Source: a virus
Lineage: Duplodnaviria > Heunggongvirae > Uroviricota > Caudoviricetes
Virus record (IMG/VR): IMGVR_UViG_2721755651_000007
Length of the DNA stretch: 64,000 nt
Strand: one strand, 5' to 3'
Shown: piece after piece, positions 52,487 through 62,643 of the stretch
Layout of the letters: each line of letters opens with the position of its first letter
How positions within the stretch are numbered: the first letter of the stretch is position 1
Position numbers and translations under genes: made by a program
Notes under the pieces: generated by a model
The model's input: only the letters and a program-made list of their open reading frames with translations
The model's database searches: none
What the model was told of the DNA's origin: nothing

Positions 52487-53245
52487 TCAAGTGCCTTTCC
52501 TGGTCCAGCCATATTTTTTGAATGCAGGCGCCGCTTCATCGGTTTGTAGCCATTCTGCAAATCGACGGGTTTCATCATTTGCATCCTGACGTACTGTAAT
52601 GTTCATATCACGCCATATCACGTAGTCTGGCGCTATTTCCACGACATCACCAATTTCTGGATTACTGGCTGCCCAGTCAGCCCAGGTTATCCAGACATCT
52701 GCTCCAGGCTGATTCTCAAGAGCCTTACGTGCAGTTCCGCTATTGGGCGCATATAAAATAATATTTTTTCGGATTGCGGCGACAGTTTCTATATTCCCTT
52801 TACGTCCGGCAATATCTTCCCAGACGCCAGTGCCTGATGTATTACTGGTACCACCACCATCATTAACAATTACGCCAATCCCAGGTCTGGTCAGGTCGTC
52901 AATACTCCGGATATTTTTAGGATTACCTTTCTTTACCAGTAAAATACTTTTTCGCAGATAAAGAGGCTGAATATCTTTTTCACTGAAGCTGTCTTTATGG
53001 TCCCGAATGATAGCCAGAGCAGATTGTTCTGATGCGCCAAACAAGATATCTGCATTTTTTTTGGCATCTTCATTCCATTTGTTCTGTGGGCCGTAATGAA
53101 CGTTCACTATAATACCTGTTTTTTCGGCATAAAGTTTGGCTGCATCAAGCAAGGCTGTATGCGGGCCACCAGGACCATACAGATTGATATCAGCATAAGC
53201 AGCAGAAGACAGGAATATTAAAAAACCTGCCATTATGTTCCTCAT
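52487..53245 (-). CDS. orphan ModA/WtpA-like periplasmic anion-binding protein, prophage cargo
   Basis: Signal peptide; PBP type II pattern resembling ModA (...ADILFGASEQ..., ...AAPAFKKYGW...); no adjacent permease/ATPase. Confidence 0.5.
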   Translation of the reverse strand: MRNIMAGFLIFLSSAAYADINLYGPGGPHTALLDAAKLYAEKTGIIVNVHYGPQNKWNEDAKKNADILFGASEQSALAIIRDHKDSFSEKDIQPLYLRKSILLVKKGNPKNIRSIDDLTRPGIGVIVNDGGGTSNTSGTGVWEDIAGRKGNIETVAAIRKNIILYAPNSGTARKALENQPGADVWITWADWAASNPEIGDVVEIAPDYVIWRDMNITVRQDANDETRRFAEWLQTDEAAPAFKKYGWTRKGT

Positions 53246-54104
53246 AAAAAACTCCTTTTATTGGTTATCATGAAATAAAGTTATAAACACTACAAATAAT
53301 ATATATTACATCCAGATAAACTTATCCGACTTTACCTCGTGCATAGCTTGTTATTTAAAGTCAACAAAATAAGGAAAATTATACGCATATTGAAGAGTAT
53401 AAACCTTACATGTTGATTACATTTTTGTAATCAACATCCTGTTTGGAATAGCCAGCCTTTAATGGATAACTATTTCTGACAATGCAATGAGTATAATCAA
53501 GTCCATCTTCCACTGAGAATTAGAGGCGGCATGCTTTTTCCGGCTCTTGCCGGATATCCGTAATTGTCCATAATCTGCAGATTTATACCTTCTGCATGAC
53601 CTGTCAGCGAAAATTTGTCCGGTGTTTCTACGGGAATGACATCAAAAGTTACACGCACTCGCGTTACCGTGTAGACCTACTTTCCTGCACTTGCAAGATC
53701 ACAGTGGTGTAACCGTAACAGGAATTTATTCTCTGGACCGGCAGTAAATCCCTGAGTGGCGTGGTTCCCATATCAATTTCCCGCCAGGCAGCCTCCATTG
53801 CCAGCGTACAGGCTGGAGCCATGACCTGCCCTTTAAATCTGGCCCGACCATCCCACCGGACGTGTTCTTCTCCCCTGAACTTAGGTACAGTCATCTCCAG
53901 TGGCACAAAAGTGTCAGCGCCATAATTTTTGACCGTTATCGCGCTACGGATATTTTGTTGACTGGTGAAAATCACCCCGCAGAATCAGGCTTATTCCCTT
54001 AACCTGGGCTTTCATCCTGACCGCCGCCTCACTACGACCAATCAGACTGCCGATGCATTTTACCTTCATTGTTAGTATCATGATTTCAGGCCTGCACCAT
54101 CCGC

Positions 54105-54686
54105 TCATTGCCCGGACTTCCGACAAATCCCGGCAACCATATCCCGGTGCTTGTTCAGCTCCCGCAGCGCGGCGCAGACTCGCTCCCACTTCTGGACATG
54201 ATTCTTCGCCCTACGCAGTTCGCGATTTGCCATATGCAGCGATGGCAAAATCAAATCATCTTCTCGCGTTGCAGTAAACGATGGCAGCGACTGCACAATG
54301 TCCGCCACAGTTTCTGTTTTAATATCTTCCTGTGTTGCATCTTTCTGTACCGGTAACGCAACACCGGCTGGCTGAGGAAAGGCTTTACCATCGGTTTCCG
54401 CTACCGATTCAACTTTCGGCTCTGCTGGTAAATTATCACCTGGTATGCAGTAACGAATTTTACCGTTCTGGTTTACGCGAATCAGACGACCTTTGCTGAT
54501 TGCCATTGCCAGCGTTGAAGCAACTTTGCGGGATGTTGTACCGAACAGCGTAGCCAGTTCATCCGCCGTTTGTGGTCCGCGTTGTTCAATCGTCGCGGTT
54601 AAATCGCACTCTGAGATTTTCGCTTCTGTTGCCGTGGTGGTTTCTTCTGGCGCTGGCTGTTCCTGCTGAACGTTGTTATCAGCCAC
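54105..54686 (-). CDS. conserved prophage hypothetical protein (paralog of 7120..7854)
   Basis: 193 aa, shared C-terminal region with paralog. Confidence 0.45.
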   Translation of the reverse strand: MADNNVQQEQPAPEETTTATEAKISECDLTATIEQRGPQTADELATLFGTTSRKVASTLAMAISKGRLIRVNQNGKIRYCIPGDNLPAEPKVESVAETDGKAFPQPAGVALPVQKDATQEDIKTETVADIVQSLPSFTATREDDLILPSLHMANRELRRAKNHVQKWERVCAALRELNKHRDMVAGICRKSGQ

Positions 54687-54872
54687 ACGCCAGGTGTATA
54701 CGCTTTTATCAACGAAGCCAGCCTTTTTCAGTTCCCACAGCTCGTTCAGTACTTCTTCACGACTGATATCAAGTCGCGCAGCCAGCTATACCGACGTGGC
54801 TTTTCCCATCGCTTTCAGTGCGTCAAAAACAGTCTCCATAAATTTCCTCCCGGTAAAAAATCACTTCTCAAC

Positions 54873-55538
54873 TCAAACAAAACCAGCCGCTTTCCGGCGT
54901 TCATATTCCTGTTTCAGCAACTCAATTGGCGTTGGCCCCGACGGGCGTTTGGGGGCCGCCAGTTGTCGCCGGACTGGCGGAACGCTCAGGCCGTTACTAA
55001 CATGCTTTGCCCATTTCGTCAGTTGCCGTTCTGCAAGCCGTTTTAATTCCCCTTCGGTCATCTGGCGCTCAATCCCCTTTGAACGCATCTCGAGGCAAAT
55101 GTGATACAGCACAGGCTGAGACCACGGGTACTTATCACTTCCGTCGTATCGCCAGGACTCATTGCGCCAGCGGCGGTACTCCTCCATCACAGCATCCACC
55201 GTCAGACCGAATGGATTGGCTCCGCTTTTCGAAATCAGTGCCACAAACTCAGCCAGGTCCGGAGGCCATGTTTCACCCGCCCGGCAGCGGTCCATGCACT
55301 GGCGGCAGACCTGCCGGATTTGCTGCTCAGTCATCGCGCCAATCTGTGCAATCCAGAGCTTCGAAGGTGCGGCCCCGTTCTTCTGGATCCAGCGGTTCGA
55401 ATAAACCACCCCCATGAGTTCCCACAGCTTCCAGGCCGTTTCCGTCGCTGATAAATCCGTTTTCACGTTCCCACTGCTCACGTGCTGCCCGAATTTCCTG
55501 AACTGCCCGTGATGCGGTGCCACCTGGTGCTGCTGCAT
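54873..55538 (-). CDS. replication protein P-like
   Basis: 221 aa paralog of 7870..8532. Confidence 0.55.
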   Translation of the reverse strand: MQQHQVAPHHGQFRKFGQHVSSGNVKTDLSATETAWKLWELMGVVYSNRWIQKNGAAPSKLWIAQIGAMTEQQIRQVCRQCMDRCRAGETWPPDLAEFVALISKSGANPFGLTVDAVMEEYRRWRNESWRYDGSDKYPWSQPVLYHICLEMRSKGIERQMTEGELKRLAERQLTKWAKHVSNGLSVPPVRRQLAAPKRPSGPTPIELLKQEYERRKAAGFV

Positions 55539-56367
55539 GGTTTACCCCTTTGCTGACTGGTTTAACCTGCGCCCTGACGTGATTTACGTGACGGGCGAAT
55601 TTCTGCTCCCACTGAATCTGCGTAAACACTTTCCCCTCCGCTGCCCAGTAGTCCCGGAAGGCGGCAAGTTCAGCAGGTGTAAATTCTGTCTCCGGCAAAG
55701 CCATCCCCCACAACGCAGCCCGTCGTCGAAAATCCCGTGACGGATACCAGCTATCGCTCATCGGGAATTTTCCGATGGGTTCGCTCAGGCCATACAGGAA
55801 TACAGGGGGGGCTGCCTGTAACGACAAAACTTCCTGCTCACTGGTCGGAGCACTCTCGCGTGCGTTATGTGTGGGGTTTAGATCTTTGGGTTCCTTTGGG
55901 TTCCGTGATCCGTTTTTGGGTGTCTTTGATGGAAAATTTGGGTGTCTTTGGTTATTTTCCATGCAGCTAAGAGTTCTGTTTTTGGGTCTGTTTTGTGCTG
56001 AAACATAACCATTTTCGGTACTGTTTTTATTAACAGCACCAATTTTACCCACCTTTAAAGACTCCCGTTTTTGGGTGTATTCAGGCTCGGCAACACTTTC
56101 TTCTACACCGATAAGTCGGTACACCACAATTTGCTTTGTTCTGCCTTTTCTCTCACCGGTATCAACAATTAACCCAATCTCCATCAGGTGTCGTAAGCTG
56201 TCCTGCACAGTCTTTTTGTTCAGTTCCGTTACTTCTGCCAGTGCAGATACAGACGGGTATGCACACAAATCGGCACCGCACATATCAGCAAGCCAGGTCA
56301 ATACTGACTTACTGGATGAACTGCCGGTTTTCACCTTTTTAGCCCATCGTAGTGCATCGATACTCAT
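55327..56367 (-). CDS. replication initiator O-like protein, N-terminal domain distinct from prophage A
   Basis: C-terminal half near-identical to 8324..9373 product, N-terminal HTH region different; contains TTTGGGT-type repeats. Confidence 0.6.
   Translation of the reverse strand: MSIDALRWAKKVKTGSSSSKSVLTWLADMCGADLCAYPSVSALAEVTELNKKTVQDSLRHLMEIGLIVDTGERKGRTKQIVVYRLIGVEESVAEPEYTQKRESLKVGKIGAVNKNSTENGYVSAQNRPKNRTLSCMENNQRHPNFPSKTPKNGSRNPKEPKDLNPTHNARESAPTSEQEVLSLQAAPPVFLYGLSEPIGKFPMSDSWYPSRDFRRRAALWGMALPETEFTPAELAAFRDYWAAEGKVFTQIQWEQKFARHVNHVRAQVKPVSKGVNHAAAPGGTASRAVQEIRAAREQWERENGFISDGNGLEAVGTHGGGLFEPLDPEERGRTFEALDCTDWRDD
55878..55995. repeat. iteron-like direct repeats (candidate ori) inside O-like gene
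   Basis: Repeated CTTTGGGTTCC / TTTGGGTGTCTTTG units. Confidence 0.5.
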
Positions 56368-56890
56368 ACGCCCCCCTGGCAGACATTTGTTTATCTGCAA
56401 AGTAATATTGGTATTGCTGACGATACGCGTGCTTGAAAGCAATAGCTTTTTCTATAAGCTCGTCAGTCTCACGTTCCACAACAACTGGATCCGCAAAAAG
56501 CAGCCCGGACTCCACCACATCGCCATATTCTTTGTTTAACCCGGCGATCATGTACGTAATGCTTTTTCCGTCAGTAATTTCACAATACAATCTGAAATCG
56601 CTGATCCGGATAGCCTCCATAATTGCCGGAATCAGCGCCGTGAATTTGTCACGCTTATCTCTGGTGTCGATAGCTTTCCAGCGTTCGAATATCTTCACCC
56701 GGTTAACGCCCAGCGCCCGTTGATCAACCTCGCCATCATTAAACGTGACGCGTTGAACATCGATGTTCGGGCGTTCTTTCAGAGCCCAGAATGCTTCCGT
56801 GATTAATATCGTCGCCTGCTCCTGTGTCATTCCTGGTCGGCATACCCAGGTATCCAGAGCCTCACAAACCTGTTCAGTGGTGATTTTCAT
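56339..56890 (-). CDS. hypothetical early protein at cII/YdaT position
   Basis: 183 aa ORF between dicC-like gene and O; no family recognised. Confidence 0.35.
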   Translation of the reverse strand: MKITTEQVCEALDTWVCRPGMTQEQATILITEAFWALKERPNIDVQRVTFNDGEVDQRALGVNRVKIFERWKAIDTRDKRDKFTALIPAIMEAIRISDFRLYCEITDGKSITYMIAGLNKEYGDVVESGLLFADPVVVERETDELIEKAIAFKHAYRQQYQYYFADKQMSARGAYEYRCTTMG

Positions 56891-57101
56891 TGTTCAACCG
56901 CCCCGCCCGCTTTGCCTTACGATATTCGTCATAAACTTTGGGGTCGTACTGAAGTTCCCCGCCGGATGCCTCTTGCAGGCGCATCGCGCGACCTTCAGGA
57001 ACCAGTTCCCCCCATGCAGCAACGCTTGCCAGCCTAACTCCTGCGACATTGGCAAGCTTTGTTTTGCTGCCAAAAAACGCTATAGCATCAATTTTCAACA
57101 T
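56874..57101 (-). CDS. dicC: DicC-like Cro-type regulator
   Basis: 75 aa; ...VPEGRAMRLQEASGGELQYDPKVYDEYRK... as in Qin DicC. Confidence 0.8.
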   Translation of the reverse strand: MLKIDAIAFFGSKTKLANVAGVRLASVAAWGELVPEGRAMRLQEASGGELQYDPKVYDEYRKAKRAGRLNNENHH

Positions 57102-57177
57102 ATCGAAACCCTTAGATTTTCCTAAGGAAACTAGATCGTAGAGAAACCTAAGTCAAGAAAAATTAGAATTACCTAAT

Positions 57178-57585
57178 ATGAAAAACGAAACCTTCGGTGC
57201 TCGCCTCTTATACAGGCGAAAAAAATTAAAACTGTCTCAGGCCGCATTAGGTAAGCTGGTCAAAGTGGCTCACGTAACAATTTCTCAATGGGAAAGAGAT
57301 GAAACACAGCCAGCGGGGAAGAGATTATTCGCACTGAGCCAGGCGCTTCAGTGCTCGCCGACTTGGCTTCTTTTTGGAGATGAAGATAAGCAACCAGGCG
57401 AACCGATCCCAGATAATCAGCCAGTCAATCTGACAGAAGATCAAAAAGAGTTGCTTCAACTGTTCGACGCACTGCCTGAGTCAGAGCAAAAGGCTCTGTT
57501 GTCAGAGATGCGTGCTCGAGTTGAGAATTTCAACAAACTTTTTGAAGAACTACTCAAAGCTCGCAAAAGAAGCGCAAATAAATAA
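57178..57585 (+). CDS. dicA: DicA-like repressor (HTH, no peptidase domain)
   Basis: 135 aa; ...SQWERDETQPAGKRLFALSQALQCSPTWLLFGDEDKQP...EMRARVENFNKLFEELLKAR. Confidence 0.85.
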   Translation: MKNETFGARLLYRRKKLKLSQAALGKLVKVAHVTISQWERDETQPAGKRLFALSQALQCSPTWLLFGDEDKQPGEPIPDNQPVNLTEDQKELLQLFDALPESEQKALLSEMRARVENFNKLFEELLKARKRSANK

Positions 57586-57848
57586 CCCCCCTTTTTTTCG
57601 CAACTCTCTGTAATAAAAAGCACAAACTTTCAAATACTTGTGTTTTTTACATCAAGAAGCTTAGGTTTTTCTACACAAAAAGCTTGACCATAACTCTTAG
57701 GCTATTCTAAATTCTACTCATCAAGACACCGCACGGTGTTCTCAGCAAACAGTTCCGCTACCCGGCGTTAAGGGGAAGCAGAGGATTTCTCAGTGGGCGA
57801 GTCAAACATCAGAATGGAAGGCGTCCAGGGATCAGCAAAGAAACAGCG

Positions 57849-58148
57849 ATGGCGCTTTATATTGATATCAGCGCCATTGCCGGACAGGTAAGAGTTATCA
57901 GAGCGGTAACTAAGCGGTATGCGCCTTTACTTCAGAAAGTCTCTGGTGAGTGCACCGAAGATATTGTCAACGATTTCGTCATCGAACTGCGAGGACTCAT
58001 CTTCAGTTACAAGGTGACCACAATTTTTGCAGATGGCTCCCGCGAAACTGTCAGAGCCCTGCGGCTTAAAGGATGTGTCAAAGACTTAGCCACCACATTC
58101 TGGGCAAGAAAACTTGATTGTATTCATAACCAATTTCCTCTCGAGTAA
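57849..58148 (+). CDS. hypothetical protein
   Basis: 99 aa ORF in early operon; no family recognised. Confidence 0.3.
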   Translation: MALYIDISAIAGQVRVIRAVTKRYAPLLQKVSGECTEDIVNDFVIELRGLIFSYKVTTIFADGSRETVRALRLKGCVKDLATTFWARKLDCIHNQFPLE

Positions 58149-58220
58149 CAGACCCCTCAGAGGATACCACCTCGCCTGACGTGGTTAAAAAGCAGGCAAC
58201 GCTAACCACAAGGAGCCGAC

Positions 58221-58439
58221 ATGCAGAAACGAGACCCCGTCATCATCGCGCCAGACTATACCGATGATGAACTTTATGAGTGGATGCACCAGAAAATTAA
58301 GGCGGTGCAGGACCTGAAATGGGCCAATGAAGCCAGGGCTAAGCAGGCTGAAAATCTGTCCGCTCTGGAGCAGGATATCACCAATCTGGAAAAAGCAGCG
58401 GCATTAAGCATTGCCAGAATGATTACATACCCACGTTAA
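58221..58439 (+). CDS. hypothetical coiled-coil protein
   Basis: 72 aa ORF. Confidence 0.35.
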   Translation: MQKRDPVIIAPDYTDDELYEWMHQKIKAVQDLKWANEARAKQAENLSALEQDITNLEKAAALSIARMITYPR

Positions 58440-58461
58440 TAGCTAACCAACGAGGCTAATA

Positions 58462-58869
58462 ATGGAATTTAAAGATTTACCAACGCCATTACAGGAAATG
58501 GCATCGAATATAGTTCGTTCACAACTGGCTACTCTTGACCTTAGTACCGCAGAAAAAGAAACCATCGATAATATGGTTCGTAATGTGCGCAATGCTTTTT
58601 CTGGGCTATATGGTTCTGATAATCAAAAGCAGGAAAGCGATGTTAATAAACGGGTAATTTCTGTTTGCGTGAATGGCCATGTTCTTTCATCAATCAAAAC
58701 AGAAACGGCGACAGTCTTCGATTGCCTTTGCATTGTACAGAGCCTTGTTGATGCCCTGTTTCGTTCAGTGAATTTAGAAAATGATGCAAATCTGCGAGGG
58801 CGCATAATAGCACATCCATATGCACATACTTTAGGCTCTGTGGATATCAAAGATCCCACAAATCTTTAA
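58462..58869 (+). CDS. hypothetical early protein with conserved N-terminal module and unique C-terminal domain
   Basis: MEFKDLPTPLQE...DNMVRNVRNAFSGLY shared with 11274..11912 product. Confidence 0.45.
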   Translation: MEFKDLPTPLQEMASNIVRSQLATLDLSTAEKETIDNMVRNVRNAFSGLYGSDNQKQESDVNKRVISVCVNGHVLSSIKTETATVFDCLCIVQSLVDALFRSVNLENDANLRGRIIAHPYAHTLGSVDIKDPTNL

Positions 58870-59413
58870 TGAAATAGTTAACGCGAATTGTACTTGCTCT
58901 TTCGGTTGCTTTCAGAATACGCGTTGAAACTGCTGGCGGTAATTTGGTATTCCATTTATTAAAATCATGCCCGGGAAAGTACTCTTCGAAAATACTTTTA
59001 ACTGCAGACTCGCCTATTGAAATGCTGCTTACCATGCGATTTTGATAAAGGCATTTAGCAATAAGAGTTGATTTTAACATTCACCCTCCTGAGGGTTGGT
59101 AATTAAGGAGTTCTCCACGGGTGAAGTGGAGTGCGTGCGCCGGACACGGGTGAACATCCGGCACTGACAGTTTACTGAAAGGATATTTCTCTGAAAAGTC
59201 AGAGCATAACGCGAAAGCGCACGGCGAGGTTGCTGGTTCATAGATAGCCTGTCGTTAAATTTTCGTCGACCGTGCGCTTCCGGTTGTGGCACTCCGCGAA
59301 ATGGCGCAGCGGTAAGTATGGCGGGGTTATTCCTTCCCCGTTGAGGACACCGGGTTGTCAGGTTGACCATACGCTTAAGTGACAACCCCGCTGCAACGCC
59401 CTCTGTTATCAAT

Positions 59414-59466
59414 TTTCTGGTGACGTTTGGCGGCATCTGTTTGCCCATGAACTGATGTCCGCCCTT
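59414..59466 (+). ncRNA. dicF: DicF-like small RNA, divergent 3' half
   Basis: TTTCTGGTGACGTTTGGCGG identical to DicF 5' end; different stem-loop ending ...GATGTCCGCCC + T-run; upstream of dicB. Confidence 0.7.
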
Positions 59467-59638
59467 TTTAAAGTGAATTTTGTGATGCAGTGAATGCGGC
59501 TAAGCGCACGCGGAACAGTTAAAGCTAAAAACAGTGTTATGGGTGGATTCTCTGTATCCGGCGTTAATTGTTAACTGGTTAACGTCACCTGGAGGCACCA
59601 GGCACCGCATCACAAAATTCATTGTTGAGGACGCGATA

Positions 59639-59827
59639 ATGGAAACGTTATTACCAAACGTTAATACGTCTGAAGGTTGTTTTGAAATTGGTGTCACTAT
59701 CAGTAACCCTGTATTTACTGAAGATGCCATTAACAAGAGAAAACACGAACGGGAGTTATTAAATAAAATATGCATTCTTTCAATGCTGGCCCGTTTACGT
59801 CCGATACAAAAAGGATGCTGGCAATGA
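59639..59827 (+). CDS. dicB: DicB cell-division inhibitor
   Basis: METLLPNVNTSEGCFEIGVTISNPVFTEDAINKRK... Confidence 0.85.
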   Translation: METLLPNVNTSEGCFEIGVTISNPVFTEDAINKRKHERELLNKICILSMLARLRPIQKGCWQ

Positions 59828-60015
59828 ATACAGCATTTGCACTTGTTCTGACAGTTTTTCTTGTTTCCGGAGAGCCAGTTGATATTGCAGTCAGTGTTCA
59901 CAGGACAATGCAGGAGTGTGTGACTGCAGCAACCGAACAGAAAATTCCCGGTAACTGTTACCCTGTCGATAAAGTTATTCACCAGGATAATAACGAAATC
60001 CCGGCAGGTCTTTAA
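59824..60015 (+). CDS. ydfD: YdfD-like small protein
   Basis: 63 aa after dicB, hydrophobic N-terminus. Confidence 0.65.
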   Translation: MNTAFALVLTVFLVSGEPVDIAVSVHRTMQECVTAATEQKIPGNCYPVDKVIHQDNNEIPAGL

Positions 60016-60107
60016 AACAGTTCCGTAATAAACATCCGATTTCATTCTTATATGCCAGCAATGGCAGGGATTTGTTCACCCTTAAATCTGTAATGAGGTA
60101 AAACAAA

Positions 60108-62579
60108 ATGAGTAAAGTCTTTATTTGCGCCGCCATTCCGGACGAACAGGCAATAAAGGAAGAAGGTGCAGTCGCTGTAGCCACTGCCATTGAAGCCGGT
60201 GATGAACGTCGCGCCCGCGCAAAATTTCACTGGCAATTCCTGGAGCATTATCCGGCTGCTCAGGACTGCGCTTATAAATTTCTTGTTTGCGAGGATAAAC
60301 CCGGTATACCCCGCCCTGCCCTCGATTCCTGGGATGCTGAATATATGCAGGAAAACCGCTGGGATGAGGGGGCTGCTTCCTTTGTCCCGGTTGAGACTGA
60401 ATCCGATCCGATGAACGTCGCTTTTGACAAGCTGGCCCCTGAAGTACAGAACGCTGTCATGGTTAAGTTCGACACATGTGAAAACATCACCGTTGATATG
60501 GTGATTAGCGCGCAGGAATTGTTGCAGGAAGACATGGCAACATTCGACGGACATATCGTTGAAGCGTTGATGAAAATGCCAGAAGTTAACGCCATGTATC
60601 CGGAGCTTAAGCTGCATGCCATCGGGTGGGTTAAGCATAAATGTAAGCCTGGTGCCAAATGGCCCGAAATTCAGGCAGAAATGCGCATCTGGAAAAAACG
60701 TCGCGAAGGTGAACGCAAGGAAACCGGAAAATACACGTCTGTTGTTGATCTCGCCCGCGCCAGAGTCCACCGACAGCACACTGAAAACTCAGCAGAAAAA
60801 ATCCCCCCTGTCACTGCAGTCATTCGTCGCGAATATAAGCAGACATGGAAAACACTGGATGACGAACTGGCCTACGCTCTCTGGCCTGGTGATGTGGATG
60901 CCGGAAACATTGACGGCAGCATCCATCGCTGGGCAAAAAATGAAGTTATCGACAACGACCGCGAAGACTGGAAGCGTATCTCGGCATCAATGCGCAAACA
61001 GCCTGATGCCCTTCGCTACGACCGCCAGACTATTTTTGGCCTTGTCCGTGAACGTCCGATCGACATTCACAAAGACCCTGTGGCACTGAACAAATACATT
61101 ACTGAATACCTGACTACAAAGGGCGTGTTTGAAGATGAAGGAACAAATCAGAGCGCAACTGACACTCTCTCGTCGCCAGTACCAGAAACTGATGCAGTGG
61201 AAACGGCAATTCCGGACAACGAAAAAACCGAATGCAAAGTGGAAGTCGAACCATCTGTAGAGCGTGAGGGGCCGTTCTACTTCCTCTTCACCGACAAGGA
61301 TGGCGAAAAATACGGTCGCGCAAACAAACTTTCTGGTCTGGATAAGGCGCTGGCTGCCGGGGCTACTGAAATCACAAAAGAAGAATATTTTGCCCGAAAA
61401 AATGGCACATACACAGGCTTACCGCAAAATGCAAATACCGCACAAAATTCTGAACAACCAGAACCGGTAAAAGTTACCGCTGACGAAGTAAAGAAAATTA
61501 TGCAGGCAGCCAATATCAGCCAGCCTGACGCCAATCAGTTGCTCGCCGCATCACGTGGTGAATTTGTTGCAGGGATTAGCGACCCGAATGATCCGAAATG
61601 GGTGAAGGGGATTGAAACCCGCGATTCTGTGAACCAGAACCAGCAAGAAACGGAACAGAACGACCAGAAAGCGGAACAAAACAGCCCAAATACGCAACAA
61701 AACGAGCCAGAAACGAAACAACCTGAGCCAGTAGCGCAACAGGAACCGGAAAAAGTCTGCACCGCCTGCGGTCAGACCGGCGGCGGCAACTGCCCTGATT
61801 GTGGCGCGGTGATGGGCGACGCAACATACCAGGAAACATTCGATGAAGAGTATCAGGTTGAAGTTCAGGAAGATGATCCGGAGGAAATGGAAGGCGCTGA
61901 ACATCCACACAAGGAGAACACTGACGGCAATCAGCATCACGATAGCGATAATGAAACTGGCGAGACGGCAGATCACTCAATTAAGGTGAACGGTCATCAA
62001 GAAATCACATCCACCAGCAGGACGTGTGACCATCTAATGATCGACCTTGAAACCATGGGAAAAAATCCTGATGCCCCGATCATCTCAATAGGTGCAATAT
62101 TTTTCGATCCGCAAACCGGAGATATGGGACCGGAATTTAGTAAGACTATCGATCTGGAAACTGCTGGCGGGGTCATTGATCGGGACACCATTAAATGGTG
62201 GCTTAAGCAATCACGCGAAGCGCAATCTGCCATTATGACCGATGAAATCCCGTTAGATGATGCACTATTACAATTGCGGGAATTTATCGACGAAAACTCC
62301 GGTGAATTTTTTGTTCAGGTCTGGGGAAATGGAGCCAACTTCGACAACACGATTTTGCGCCGTTCATACGAACGGCAGGGGATCCCCTGCCCGTGGCGTT
62401 ACTACAACGATCGCGATGTACGCACAATCGTTGAGCTGGGGAAAGCCATAGACTTCGATGCCAGAACGGCTATTCCATTCGAAGGTGAGCGCCATAATGC
62501 ACTTGATGACGCCCGTTACCAGGCAAAATACGTTTCAGTTATCTGGCAAAAACTGATCCCGAATCAGGCTGATTTTTAA
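60108..62579 (+). CDS. large exonuclease-like protein with zinc-ribbon and C-terminal DnaQ-like (DEDDh) 3'-5' exonuclease domain
   Basis: 823 aa; CTACGQTGGGNCPDCG; C-terminal DLETMG...WGNGANFDNTIL...HNALDDARY. Confidence 0.55.
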   Translation: MSKVFICAAIPDEQAIKEEGAVAVATAIEAGDERRARAKFHWQFLEHYPAAQDCAYKFLVCEDKPGIPRPALDSWDAEYMQENRWDEGAASFVPVETESDPMNVAFDKLAPEVQNAVMVKFDTCENITVDMVISAQELLQEDMATFDGHIVEALMKMPEVNAMYPELKLHAIGWVKHKCKPGAKWPEIQAEMRIWKKRREGERKETGKYTSVVDLARARVHRQHTENSAEKIPPVTAVIRREYKQTWKTLDDELAYALWPGDVDAGNIDGSIHRWAKNEVIDNDREDWKRISASMRKQPDALRYDRQTIFGLVRERPIDIHKDPVALNKYITEYLTTKGVFEDEGTNQSATDTLSSPVPETDAVETAIPDNEKTECKVEVEPSVEREGPFYFLFTDKDGEKYGRANKLSGLDKALAAGATEITKEEYFARKNGTYTGLPQNANTAQNSEQPEPVKVTADEVKKIMQAANISQPDANQLLAASRGEFVAGISDPNDPKWVKGIETRDSVNQNQQETEQNDQKAEQNSPNTQQNEPETKQPEPVAQQEPEKVCTACGQTGGGNCPDCGAVMGDATYQETFDEEYQVEVQEDDPEEMEGAEHPHKENTDGNQHHDSDNETGETADHSIKVNGHQEITSTSRTCDHLMIDLETMGKNPDAPIISIGAIFFDPQTGDMGPEFSKTIDLETAGGVIDRDTIKWWLKQSREAQSAIMTDEIPLDDALLQLREFIDENSGEFFVQVWGNGANFDNTILRRSYERQGIPCPWRYYNDRDVRTIVELGKAIDFDARTAIPFEGERHNALDDARYQAKYVSVIWQKLIPNQADF

Positions 62580-62643
62580 TGTTCAACCCCGGTCGTTGCC
62601 CACCAGCTATAGTGGCGGCGACCATGATTAGCGAACGACGCTC

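Noticed and set aside
53664-54189. ORFs of 103 and 81 aa
   Set aside because: 81-aa ORF is mostly an out-of-frame overlap with the upstream gene plus a truncated copy of the IS-disrupted HTH gene; 103-aa ORF has no coding-like features; probably a decayed region.
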